Below are positions 26,798 to 36,316 of a stretch of 64,000 nucleotides of DNA, one piece after another. Within the stretch, counting starts at the first letter, position 1. The number at the start of each line of letters is the position of its first letter. Below the pieces are notes generated by a model. It worked only from the letters and a program-made list of their open reading frames with translations, did not search any database and was not told the origin of the DNA. A program made the position numbers and the translations under genes. This DNA is from Patescibacteria group bacterium (GTDB lineage: Bacteria > Patescibacteriota > Microgenomatia > UBA1400 > PJMF01): positions 72,539 through 136,538 of the forward strand of contig BOKX01000001.1 of NCBI GenBank assembly GCA_016861205.1, in the 5' to 3' direction.

Positions 26798-28339
26798 TCA
26801 TTTTCTGGCTACAAGGTACGATCCGATAACCAGTAAGTCAACATCTGGTAAAGCACGGAAAATTTCAATTGCTTGGGAAGGGTTTTCGGCTGGTGGTAAC
26901 CCACTAATATTTAAGGAGGATTTGTACACCGCCCCAATGCCTGTGTAGTCACGGATCGTGTTCAGTAACTGCCAGAACAGCGGGTTTTGTGATTGAGTCA
27001 CAGCATGTGGCCGAGTAGCTTGATGGAGCCAAGGATGTTGAGCCAGAAAATCAGCTGTGTACATTTGAGAATACTGCATGTGGGTCGATGGGTGATAATT
27101 GGCAAAGACTTGTCGTGCATCTTCGTTGGTTATTGCAATGGCACACTCCTTTGTTGGCTTCGTTTGCTTGGCGCGGTTGAGTTTCTGAGCACCATTTTTG
27201 TCCATGAAGTTAGAGATGATAGTTCTGTTGCCTAAAGCTCTGGGTCCCAACTCTGCACCTCCTTGAAACCAGGCAATAACTTTTCCAGCTGCTATTAATT
27301 GTGCAACGCGATCACAGAGGCTACTCGGATCTTCAATGCACTCAAAAGTTAGATCTGCGGATTTTTCCAGACTGGCAAGAACTGCTTCTGAACTATAACT
27401 GTGTGAGTAGCTAACTTCAGACAGGTGTGGAACGTCGTGGTTCTGGTTACGCAACCACGCCAGTCCGGCTCCCACATAACTGGCGATACCACATGGGAAT
27501 GGTGTAACTGCGAGAGTTGTCTCTGACATCAAACCACTGTCGAGAAGATACGAGTTGAGTTCAGCACTTAGTGCAACGTTCCCAGCTAGGCATAAGTGCG
27601 TGCAGTTGGTCGTGACCATAAACCGTCGGTAGGTATCAGCGTAGGTGTGATAAATATGGTTGATGCAGGCTTGCACAGCACTAGCTAAAACGACTGGGGC
27701 GCCGGTACCAGCAGCAATTAAGTCATCAATTAAGGCATTAAAACGGGTTTCGACTGGCTGGTTTGTACCGGTTGTTTCTTGCTGATCGATTGCTTGGCAT
27801 GATTGCAATATTGAATAAAAATGAGCTACAAATTCTTGTTTGCAAAGTTGAGTAGTGAACTTTTGCAATGTGGTCAGAGAGTTAAGGTTCTCAATTTTTT
27901 CGTCGAACACTTTTTCAATAAAGGCTAATGAGCTGGCACAGTGATTGGTGATAGAGTCACAGGCATGCAACGTCAGTTTCCCATCATATCCAACCCAGTA
28001 GCTACCAAATGACTCGCAAGAGTTTAAGTCGGTAACTGCTATCAGTGTTCGATCGTTCGGCGCAAAACCAGAACAGGCATACGCCAGCTCGGCTTCAGCA
28101 CGGTGCTGTGATAAGGGTGCTTGATCAGTATCAACCTGATGAACTGTTTGAGCATCAATCTGGGGATAACTTGAGCGCAGGTAGTCCAGTGACAGTGTCG
28201 GAACTTCCTTGGCATCATTTTTTATTCGGGACAAATACTCTTCTCTAATTGCCAACAGCAGTGTATTGCCATCAAAAATTGCAGCACCTGCAGTCTGATT
28301 TCGGCCATTGATAAAGATGTGATGATTTTCCGCTGGCAT
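26798..28339 (-). CDS. NodU/CmcH/TobZ-family carbamoyltransferase homolog, degenerate
   Basis: EEYLSRIK, LCLAGNVAL, GKVIAWFQGGAELGPRALGNRTI; many active-site motifs altered. Confidence 0.8.
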   Translation of the reverse strand: MPAENHHIFINGRNQTAGAAIFDGNTLLLAIREEYLSRIKNDAKEVPTLSLDYLRSSYPQIDAQTVHQVDTDQAPLSQHRAEAELAYACSGFAPNDRTLIAVTDLNSCESFGSYWVGYDGKLTLHACDSITNHCASSLAFIEKVFDEKIENLNSLTTLQKFTTQLCKQEFVAHFYSILQSCQAIDQQETTGTNQPVETRFNALIDDLIAAGTGAPVVLASAVQACINHIYHTYADTYRRFMVTTNCTHLCLAGNVALSAELNSYLLDSGLMSETTLAVTPFPCGIASYVGAGLAWLRNQNHDVPHLSEVSYSHSYSSEAVLASLEKSADLTFECIEDPSSLCDRVAQLIAAGKVIAWFQGGAELGPRALGNRTIISNFMDKNGAQKLNRAKQTKPTKECAIAITNEDARQVFANYHPSTHMQYSQMYTADFLAQHPWLHQATRPHAVTQSQNPLFWQLLNTIRDYTGIGAVYKSSLNISGLPPAENPSQAIEIFRALPDVDLLVIGSYLVARK

Positions 28340-28342
28340 TTT

Positions 28343-30853
28343 TTAGGTAGTAGTGATCGGCCGAGCCTGGAAGAGATAGACAGTATCCCCTACAATTCCC
28401 CACTCAAGATCAGCTGGTTTTTTTTGAAAAGCATCTTGCATCGTTTGCTCAATAAACAAACCAAGAGTAGCTAACTTCTGTAAATGTTGAGAAGTTAGCA
28501 GCGCCTGACTCGTGCCGGGAATTATCTGACGAATGTTACCCGAGTGGGCACTATCTCTATCGAGGATAAAGCGAGTTGGCTTGACGTTTCCGCTGGTCAC
28601 TCCTCGATTTTGACCGTTAACGGCTTCAATGATCATACTGTTATGTCCAAGTCCGTTCGAGGGTGTCGGGTTTTTTGTGAACATAACACCAGACAACGTT
28701 GGATTCACTTGTTCTTGGATGATAATGCTGCCTTCGTATGGTGAACGTCCATTCTTGCCCCGAGAGTTAATGAAAATATATGACCGAAGTTGTTCAATAA
28801 TGTTACTGATGGTTAGATCAGGAATACTATCAAAGTAACCAGCCGCGGCAGACCCATTCGTGTCTTCCAATCTGCAGCTACTTCTGATCATGATTTCTGC
28901 TAAATCAGTCCAATTCAAACCACGGCATGATTGATAGATCATTTGAATAAGTTCATCGCCAAATGCGTAGTTTTTAACTGATTTATGGCGACGAGCTTTT
29001 TGGAGTTCATCAGCCACTAAATCTGGAGGCAAGAAGAATGCCGGTGTGATTTTATAGTTTCCAACATCTTGGTGCTGATGTAAAAGAGCTAAGTTAAATG
29101 CTTTGACACCAAGGTCAGAAGCGGTTAATCCAAACGTGTCTGTTACATTGGGAAATGGAATTACCTTGTTAATATTTTGGGCAGTTTCCAAACGAGATAC
29201 CCAACCCTCATCGGCGTTGACTTTGACGCGGTCGCCTGTTGAGAGCGCTTTGAGTAAGCCAGAAATGCCGACAATAGTGGGAATTTCTTGTTCCCGAGCC
29301 GTAATAGCAGCATGACAAGTGATGCCGCCTGTTTCAGTCAGAATAGCACCCACTTGGTATTTTTTTTGCTGGCGCCATTCATTTATGGCATACATTAGGT
29401 CGGGATCAGTAGAACCACTAACAATTACGACGATGGTATTTGGTGGAACGATAGCTTTTTTGAGATCATCAGGCCTAAAGGCAACAATCACTGTTCCCTC
29501 AGTTTGTCCTGGCCAAACCTGTGATCCAGTTAAGTATCTGGGATCAATCTCGGCTTCGTAACTAGCGCTAATACGTGCCAGGATATCAGCCACCAAATCA
29601 GGATTATCAATCACGCCGTGTGTTAGGTCTTTGATGTAGTACAAAAAATTTTGAGTATGCCGTGTCTGAAGCTTTGTGTGAATGTCATGCTGAAGCTCTG
29701 GCTGGGAACTATCAAGTAAAGCACTCAGCTCGGGGGGAATAGCGCCTCTCACGGCAGCTTCAGGTAAGTTATGACGACGAGCAATTTCGTACAGTAGCTT
29801 GTCCAGAAACATGAAATTAACAAGTTGTGCATTGCGTCGATACATTTTGGCTAGACCAATTTGGGGATAGAGCTTAAACAGGTCTTGCCAATTTTTGTCG
29901 ATTTGATAGTGATCAAATGCAGCCTCTCGTTCAGACTCATTGGAGATAAGCCGGTCTTTTTTGCGGGCGATAACTTGGTGGGGAGCATTGTTAATTAGAC
30001 TACGAATTTTATCTATCACTTCGGTTTCCGTCATTGCTTGCCTGTTTGCATAACCATGATAGATGGTGCTGCCATAGCGATGAACAAAATCTTTAATTCT
30101 TTCGCGGTAGCTTGGTTGTAGGTAAAGCCAGACAAATTTAAGTGGTTGATCTAAAAGATCTGCTTGTCTCTGACCAATGGTCAGAGTTGGATCATCGATG
30201 ATATCGGCCGCCAATTGGAGTAGAGTTAGTTCAGCCTGATCCAAAACTGAGGATTCAGTGGGTGCAATGAGAGTCGAGAAAGCTCTATTGAGCTCTTTTG
30301 GTGATGGGGCTGATAACGCTTGTTTTGTCATGGCAAACTGTAGGTGATTTTTCAAAAGTTTGCTAAACAGTTCGTAGCCGCGATCCAGTGCTTCGGGAAT
30401 ACGAGCATAGTTGTAAACAGCTAGATGCAACTGAGTGTGTGTGTCAAAAAGTGCTTTTAGCTCTGAATCTGATAATTCAGAAAATGAAGTTTTTTTTAAA
30501 TGTTGACGCGAGAAATCTTCTAACTGATCACAAGTGGCATAGATTTGTTGCAAAACCTCAGTCATCCAACTGGGGTTTTCTCGTAGTTTAGCGATAATGT
30601 GATCGGCAACTTTTTTAACGTCAGCTTCTGGTGCCCAGTACATTTCATTAAATTGTGAAAAGTGAGAGATTAGGGTGGTGTAAGCCAGGTCGATTTCACC
30701 AAGGGGTGGCAGTATCTGACTGGATGTACATAAATAGTACCAGGCAATATTGACATCATTATCAAGATTGGGGTTGCCATCTGTCCAACGGCCGGTGTTG
30801 AGCGAGCCTTCTAAAGGCGTTAGAGCATTATATTCAAAGGTGTTTAGCGACAT
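28343..30853 (-). CDS. PEP-utiliser/dikinase-family phosphotransferase with permuted domain order
   Basis: Helical N-domain; TETGGITCHAAITARE swivel domain; C-terminal GVK, IRSS, SGVMFT, DLEW, FQARPIT. Confidence 0.85.
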   Translation of the reverse strand: MSLNTFEYNALTPLEGSLNTGRWTDGNPNLDNDVNIAWYYLCTSSQILPPLGEIDLAYTTLISHFSQFNEMYWAPEADVKKVADHIIAKLRENPSWMTEVLQQIYATCDQLEDFSRQHLKKTSFSELSDSELKALFDTHTQLHLAVYNYARIPEALDRGYELFSKLLKNHLQFAMTKQALSAPSPKELNRAFSTLIAPTESSVLDQAELTLLQLAADIIDDPTLTIGQRQADLLDQPLKFVWLYLQPSYRERIKDFVHRYGSTIYHGYANRQAMTETEVIDKIRSLINNAPHQVIARKKDRLISNESEREAAFDHYQIDKNWQDLFKLYPQIGLAKMYRRNAQLVNFMFLDKLLYEIARRHNLPEAAVRGAIPPELSALLDSSQPELQHDIHTKLQTRHTQNFLYYIKDLTHGVIDNPDLVADILARISASYEAEIDPRYLTGSQVWPGQTEGTVIVAFRPDDLKKAIVPPNTIVVIVSGSTDPDLMYAINEWRQQKKYQVGAILTETGGITCHAAITAREQEIPTIVGISGLLKALSTGDRVKVNADEGWVSRLETAQNINKVIPFPNVTDTFGLTASDLGVKAFNLALLHQHQDVGNYKITPAFFLPPDLVADELQKARRHKSVKNYAFGDELIQMIYQSCRGLNWTDLAEIMIRSSCRLEDTNGSAAAGYFDSIPDLTISNIIEQLRSYIFINSRGKNGRSPYEGSIIIQEQVNPTLSGVMFTKNPTPSNGLGHNSMIIEAVNGQNRGVTSGNVKPTRFILDRDSAHSGNIRQIIPGTSQALLTSQHLQKLATLGLFIEQTMQDAFQKKPADLEWGIVGDTVYLFQARPITTT

Positions 30854-30894
30854 AGCCTGGTACCAGGCTCGTATTCTACACCTTGGGTGAAGTT

Positions 30895-31710
30895 CTAGTT
30901 AGTATTTGCCTCAAGTAACTGATCAATGCGTTTTTTTTCTGCATCTGCGACGTTATGGGTTTTTGACCCAGGGTAGTAACGCCGCAGGAACTCACGAACC
31001 CAGATTCTGGCACGTTGCTCCAAGTTTTGAAGTAGATAGCGATCGTAGCTATCATCATCGCGCTGGTTTTTTCTAACATCCAAGAGCAACTGTAACGTTC
31101 GAGGATTTTGAGCTGCCGACGCATAGTAAAAGGCATGGGCGACCTCTTCCACCACCACCCGTTCCATTCTGATGGCCTCTTCGTCCAAAGATCCGCGTTC
31201 ACTGCTCAAGATATAGTCGGTGGCTGATTCCTCAGACTCACCATCATCGACTAGTGCCGAAATACGATCTTGACGTGGTTGGAGAGTCCGAACGACTTTG
31301 TCGCAAATATGGTCCCAGTTGATTTGAACACTAATGTGTTCAAGTACCAATCGATGTAAATCCTGAGGACTAACCTCAGCTAATAAGACAGGTTGGTTAT
31401 CAATGGATCAGGTATCTAAGCAGTAACCTAAAGTATCTGGATCCTCAATGGCTAGTTTGTCGAAGGTAACTTCGCAAGGAAATGAAATTGGGGTGTGGTC
31501 AACCATGTACTGATAAACGAAACCACATCTGTTAATAATGGTGGCTGCCCACGTAACTTCTTCGGTGGTCAGGTCGTACTTCTCAGCCAGTTCCTCCACT
31601 ACCTCTTCAAGGTGGTCGCGAAGAAACTGTTCTTGCAGCTGAAAGAACTCAGCCGTAGCTGGCCAGTCAAACTTTGTGGTCTGTTTTTCTTGAGGGTATT
31701 CGTTGATCAT
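30895..31710 (-). pseudogene. zincin-like hypothetical gene interrupted by one in-frame TGA (31408-31410)
   Basis: Two track ORFs share a frame: ...GYCLDT*SIDNQPVLLAEVSPQDLHRLVLEH...; EEVAH motif. Confidence 0.7.
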
Positions 31711-31779
31711 CGTTTTCTGCGCTCCGCTGCGTAGTAGGCGGACACACGCCGTTCTGAGCTGTATACTAGCACAGAGTGT

Positions 31780-32499
31780 ATGTCAGTTGTCACTTTCGAA
31801 ATCATCAACGGTAAGCAAGTTTTTGTGACTCGAAACCAAATCAGTTCGCGGCATTTGGTAATCATGAGCCACGGTTTTCGTGGGACTTCCACTGGGCCAG
31901 CTCGCAGTTTTGTGAACTTCGAGCGATTGCTAGCCGCCAATGGAATTTCTACCTTGCGCTTCGATCAGCCCAACTGTGGTAACTCAGAAGGTGACTTCTT
32001 GGATGCCTCGTTTGCTGAGTGGATTGGAGCGATCGTTTCCCTGGCTCAGCAGGCCGTGGCTGATGGCTTTCAGGTTATTTTGCTTGGTCAAAGTATGGGG
32101 GCAACTGCCAGTCTTGTGGCTGCAAGCCGGCCAGAGTTAAAGGACCAGATTCCCGCTGTTTTACTGTGGGTTCCCGATCCCAAGCTTGACCCACAAGTTG
32201 AAGCCAGCCAAGTTTACGAAGAAGCTGGTGAACAGTACCGAGGTCAGTTCTGGATTGAGGCCCAAGCCGCAGGTTTCATGAGCCGCTTGGATGAGTACTC
32301 TGGCGGGATTCATCTAGTGTATGGTGAACATGATCGTTATGTCACAGCGGCTGCCAAGCAGCAAGTGATGGAGAAAGTTACTGCCAAAGGTCAGCCGGTG
32401 ATGGTGCTGGCGAACCAGGATCACAGTCCGTGGGATTTTGATTCAGCGCAACAAGTCTTCCAAGCAGAGTTGGAGTTTGTGAAACGATACTTTAAATAA
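31780..32499 (+). CDS. alpha/beta hydrolase
   Basis: HGF, GQSMG, GEHD, DHSP. Confidence 0.9.
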   Translation: MSVVTFEIINGKQVFVTRNQISSRHLVIMSHGFRGTSTGPARSFVNFERLLAANGISTLRFDQPNCGNSEGDFLDASFAEWIGAIVSLAQQAVADGFQVILLGQSMGATASLVAASRPELKDQIPAVLLWVPDPKLDPQVEASQVYEEAGEQYRGQFWIEAQAAGFMSRLDEYSGGIHLVYGEHDRYVTAAAKQQVMEKVTAKGQPVMVLANQDHSPWDFDSAQQVFQAELEFVKRYFK

Positions 32500-32515
32500 G
32501 CAAGTTTCCATGAAG

Positions 32516-33370
32516 CTAAACCAGTAGCAGCACACCGGCAAAAGCCAATGCGGTGCCGATGGCTTTTTGCCAAACTTTGTCACGCTCTTTGAGCAGCACG
32601 TAACTAAAGATCACGCTGAAGATGAGACTGGTTTGTTGAATCGGGGAAATGATAGATGCAGGGCCACCCAACTTGTACGCGGTAAAAATGGTCAAAGCCG
32701 CCAGCGCGTACAAAACGCAGCACAAGATCATTTTTTTGAGTACGCTCGGTTGAGCATAATGTGGCAGCGCTAACACTGATTTCGGTCGGTACACCAGGCT
32801 CGCCAGCCCTGGCAACGTGAAGGCCAACGCCATGTAAGCCGCGACACTTTGGTAGTGGTTGAGAATGTACGCGTCATTGGTGAAAGCTACGCCGAACAAC
32901 ACGGCACCCAGCAACGCGAAAGCGTGGCCGCGGTTCAGTTTCCACGCCGACCGAGTGTAGTTAATCGCGATCATACTGCCGACGATGAGGACAATCCCTA
33001 GGATATTTAATCCTGTCACCCGCTCCCCTAGCATGATCAACGCTGCGATGACAGCCCAGACAGTGCTGGTAGCCATCACGATTGACACCTCCGAAGCTTC
33101 CGCCAGCTTGAAGGCTTTAAAGACACAGATGTTTCCCAAGCTATAGAACACAGTTAGCACGATTAGGTTGGGCCAAACACTACGCAAATCTGGCAGTTCC
33201 AGCGACTGTGTTACCAGCGCGTATAAGAAGAATAAACCAGCCACCATTAGCTGAAACACAAATCCAAAAGCGAACGTATCGCTTTGGTCATCTTTCAACA
33301 TGATTTTTTGCAGAATTCTCGATAAAGCCAAGGTGATTGCACTCGTCAGAGTTAGGAGGAGCCAGTTCAT
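32516..33370 (-). CDS. EamA/DMT transporter
   Basis: 10 TM in two repeats, LGER and LKER motifs. Confidence 0.9.
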   Translation of the reverse strand: MNWLLLTLTSAITLALSRILQKIMLKDDQSDTFAFGFVFQLMVAGLFFLYALVTQSLELPDLRSVWPNLIVLTVFYSLGNICVFKAFKLAEASEVSIVMATSTVWAVIAALIMLGERVTGLNILGIVLIVGSMIAINYTRSAWKLNRGHAFALLGAVLFGVAFTNDAYILNHYQSVAAYMALAFTLPGLASLVYRPKSVLALPHYAQPSVLKKMILCCVLYALAALTIFTAYKLGGPASIISPIQQTSLIFSVIFSYVLLKERDKVWQKAIGTALAFAGVLLLV

Positions 33371-33382
33371 AGATAATCCGTT

Positions 33383-34108
33383 CTAGCCTTGTTGGTGATT
33401 AATAAGGTCCATGCGTTTAACAACAACTTTTGGCGAGCGAGTTAACATGAACATGATGGCATCGACTGATTCCTGAGGGTCGAACATCCAGGGTTCATGT
33501 TGTTTGTAGGTGTGACCGGCTTTGACGAATAGCTGAGTTTCCATGCCACCTGGGTAGTAACCCATCACCCGAACGTTGCTGTTATCAAACTCTTTAGCCA
33601 AGGCTTCACTAAAAGCCTGAATACCAAACTTGCTGGCCGAGTAAACGGTGTGGAAGAAGCCACTGGGGATTTCTACCCCGGCGATGCTTGAGACGTTGAC
33701 GATTTGACTAAACTCAGCATGCTTGAGTACTGGTAGGAGGAGCCGCGTGATCAAGACCGGGGCGGTCAAATTGACACCAAGTACTTCCAGGATTTTCTCG
33801 GGGTTACCGTCGATAGTGTTCCCTTCCAACCAAACTCCAGCATTATTCACCAGGATGTCGAGTTTCTTGATAGTTGCGAACTGTGTTTCAATTGCCGCCG
33901 GTTGAGTTAAATCACAGACTAGCTCGGTGACCGAAACTTCGGGTGCAAGCTTTTGCACTTCTTGGCAAGTTTGTGTGACTTTTTGGACATCGCGACCATG
34001 AACAATAACGTCAGCTCCAGCTTGAGCTAGGGCTATAGCAATTTTTTTGCCTAGTCCATCGGTGGCACCAGTGACTAAGGCTACTTGTTTGCGGAGTGAA
34101 AACGACAT
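33383..34108 (-). CDS. SDR oxidoreductase
   Basis: TGATDGLG, NNAG, YSASK. Confidence 0.93.
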   Translation of the reverse strand: MSFSLRKQVALVTGATDGLGKKIAIALAQAGADVIVHGRDVQKVTQTCQEVQKLAPEVSVTELVCDLTQPAAIETQFATIKKLDILVNNAGVWLEGNTIDGNPEKILEVLGVNLTAPVLITRLLLPVLKHAEFSQIVNVSSIAGVEIPSGFFHTVYSASKFGIQAFSEALAKEFDNSNVRVMGYYPGGMETQLFVKAGHTYKQHEPWMFDPQESVDAIMFMLTRSPKVVVKRMDLINHQQG

Positions 34109-34152
34109 GGCACTATCGTATCACTTTCGGGTAGAAAAAAGTTTTTGGAAAG

Positions 34153-34338
34153 TTACTTCTCTACCCTGAATCCGACCACAGCCATGATTAAGGTCACCAC
34201 CATGTTTGTGACAATAATGTTCAGAACAGGCAGCTGATCATCGAGTACTAACAGTGCAGCTGAACCTAACCAAACTAGGCCGATGATGGCAGCCGTCCAT
34301 GGGTACTTAACGAGGGCAACCATGCCATTTTTTAACAT
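34153..34338 (-). CDS. 61-aa 2-TM microprotein
   Basis: AAAGG RBS; KYP..W..GF pattern shared with 35797-35958. Confidence 0.7.
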   Translation of the reverse strand: MLKNGMVALVKYPWTAAIIGLVWLGSAALLVLDDQLPVLNIIVTNMVVTLIMAVVGFRVEK

Positions 34339-34348
34339 ACTCGCCTTT

Positions 34349-35797
34349 CTAAATTTGTATTAGCCGCTGATACAAAAGTGCATCATGTTCTATAAGATTT
34401 GTGAGCCAATCGGCGACAACTTCGAGAGCTGTCTCTGGATCTGCCAGGGTTGAACTCTGCTTCGTTGGTTCAGAAAGCGAATGAACATCAATCGAGGTGG
34501 TGATTTCGTGATACACATCTTTCATTACAAAAACATCAGGTTGCAGTAGTGACGTAAACGACTTGATCAAAAAGGCACTACGTAATGCGGCAAACATGCC
34601 AGCCGGTAACTGCATTTGAAACTGTTCACCAAGCTGCAACAATTCTTGCCAAATATACGCATAGTCACCACGATGTGTGTGACGACATTTGTCTAAAAGC
34701 TGAGGATTTTTCATTATTTGCTTCTCATACTGTTTAATCACTTTGGGAGTGACAGCTGACTTAGTTAATTGAAACTCGTCACAAACTTCTAGGGCAGAAA
34801 GCAGTGACTGGCCAGCAAACTCAAAAAAAGCCCGACTCAAACTGCTGGTATCAATGGTATCTTGGGTTGCCACCATACTTTTTAAAATCTGATAGTAACT
34901 GCGTTTATTTGAGGGCGAGTCAGCCATAATCCCAAAATCAATAAAAGCGAACTGATTGTTGGGTAGGATTTTAATATTGCCAGGATGCGGATCAGAGTAA
35001 AAGCGATCAAGCAAAAAAGATTGTTCCAAAAGTGAGTAACTAAGCGATTTATTGATAAAGCTCAAATCAGTCTGAAAAGTGTCAGCCAGCCATTGATCTT
35101 GCCGGCCATTGGTCAGTGTTTGTCGGAGAAGATCTGTGACTGACACTCCGCCGATATATTCTTGGACCACTAGATTTTTAGTCGACAGCTCAGCGTAGGT
35201 GTGCGGGATGACAACCGTGGGATGATGACGGTAAAAATCAGCTAGAGCTAGTGCGTTTTTAACTTCCTGTTGATAGTCAAGTTCGCGCCAAGTAATTTCT
35301 TGAAACTCCCGAGCCAGGCGTTTGAGATTTACAATCTTAGGATCAAGTACCCAAGATGCTAGCCAAGAGATAACTTGAATCAGAAATAAATCAAAAGCTA
35401 AAGCAGCACTCAAGTTTTGCCGTTTAACTTTGATAATAACTTTTTGCCCTGTTTGCAAGGTGGCTAGGTAGACTTGGCCGAAGGTGCCCGCTGCAAATGG
35501 TTGAGGTTCAATTGAGGTAAATGTTTTGGTAGCTATCGTTCCAATTTCTGCGGCCAGAAACGACTCTATATCAATTTTTTGGGCTGGGACCTGATCAAAA
35601 AAGCCGAGGAACTCAAGTTTGTCAGCTGTTGAAAAAACTTCCGTTCGCAACATCAAAAACTGCATCATCTTGACGTATACCCCACCAAGTGAGGCTACTG
35701 AAGTTTTAAGGACCTGGCGTTTTTGGTCATGGCGACCAGTGATGAGATAGAAACAGTAAGCGAGGCAAGATTGAATCAGCAAGCCAAGTCGGGACAT
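34349..35797 (-). CDS. ABC1/UbiB/AarF atypical kinase
   Basis: LGGVYVKMMQ, FAAGTFGQVY, IKVKR, ELDY, DPHPGN, IDFG. Confidence 0.92.
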   Translation of the reverse strand: MSRLGLLIQSCLAYCFYLITGRHDQKRQVLKTSVASLGGVYVKMMQFLMLRTEVFSTADKLEFLGFFDQVPAQKIDIESFLAAEIGTIATKTFTSIEPQPFAAGTFGQVYLATLQTGQKVIIKVKRQNLSAALAFDLFLIQVISWLASWVLDPKIVNLKRLAREFQEITWRELDYQQEVKNALALADFYRHHPTVVIPHTYAELSTKNLVVQEYIGGVSVTDLLRQTLTNGRQDQWLADTFQTDLSFINKSLSYSLLEQSFLLDRFYSDPHPGNIKILPNNQFAFIDFGIMADSPSNKRSYYQILKSMVATQDTIDTSSLSRAFFEFAGQSLLSALEVCDEFQLTKSAVTPKVIKQYEKQIMKNPQLLDKCRHTHRGDYAYIWQELLQLGEQFQMQLPAGMFAALRSAFLIKSFTSLLQPDVFVMKDVYHEITTSIDVHSLSEPTKQSSTLADPETALEVVADWLTNLIEHDALLYQRLIQI

Positions 35798-35958
35798 TAT
35801 TTATTTTTCCAGAATCCAATTAGAAATAAGACCAGTGAGAAGACAACGGTTAATCGATACAGATTCAGAGCCAGCTGGGTACTTTGGTAGATTTGAGAGA
35901 TAACAAGAATAGCTAGCCAGATGCAGAATAACGCCAAGAAGACGGAAGGGTATTTCAT
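35797..35958 (-). CDS. 53-aa 2-TM microprotein (below ORF-track cutoff)
   Basis: MKYPSVFLALFCIWLAILVISQIYQSTQLALNLYRLTVVFSLVLFLIGFWKNK; TAATG overlap with the kinase start. Confidence 0.75.
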   Translation of the reverse strand: MKYPSVFLALFCIWLAILVISQIYQSTQLALNLYRLTVVFSLVLFLIGFWKNK

Positions 35959-35986
35959 AGCTCTTACGGCTACTATACCAAGTTTA

Positions 35987-36316
35987 TTACCACATAAAAG
36001 CGATGGTTAATAATCGCTCGGCTTTGATTTGTTCTTGGAGACTTAACTTTTGCCGATTTTCAAAACCAGCAATAGCTTCTGTCATTTCGGCCCAGATCCC
36101 ACGAGGTTCTCTGATGGGCTTGGGTTCTAACACCTGTGGCTGATTTGGTACTTCGGCGGGTAGCAATTGAGGTGCTGGTGGTTTATCCAGTTCAACGCTA
36201 GCTTGCCGTGGTGCGACCACGAATCGACCAGGCTGAACTACCGTGGTTCTGAAAGACCCAACCGCAGCCTGAGTATCTAGGTATCGTTGCAAGGTAGCAC
36301 CTTCACTACTGACCAT
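35987..36316 (-). CDS. hypothetical protein
   Basis: Probable start ATG 36316 overlapping the upstream gene end. Confidence 0.45.
   Translation of the reverse strand: MVSSEGATLQRYLDTQAAVGSFRTTVVQPGRFVVAPRQASVELDKPPAPQLLPAEVPNQPQVLEPKPIREPRGIWAEMTEAIAGFENRQKLSLQEQIKAERLLTIAFMW

Noticed and set aside
31408-31410. TGA as Gly (code 25) or selenocysteine
   Set aside because: TGA ends eno, Doc and other genes normally; long genes have no internal TGA; no SECIS-like hairpin or Cys-motif context seen
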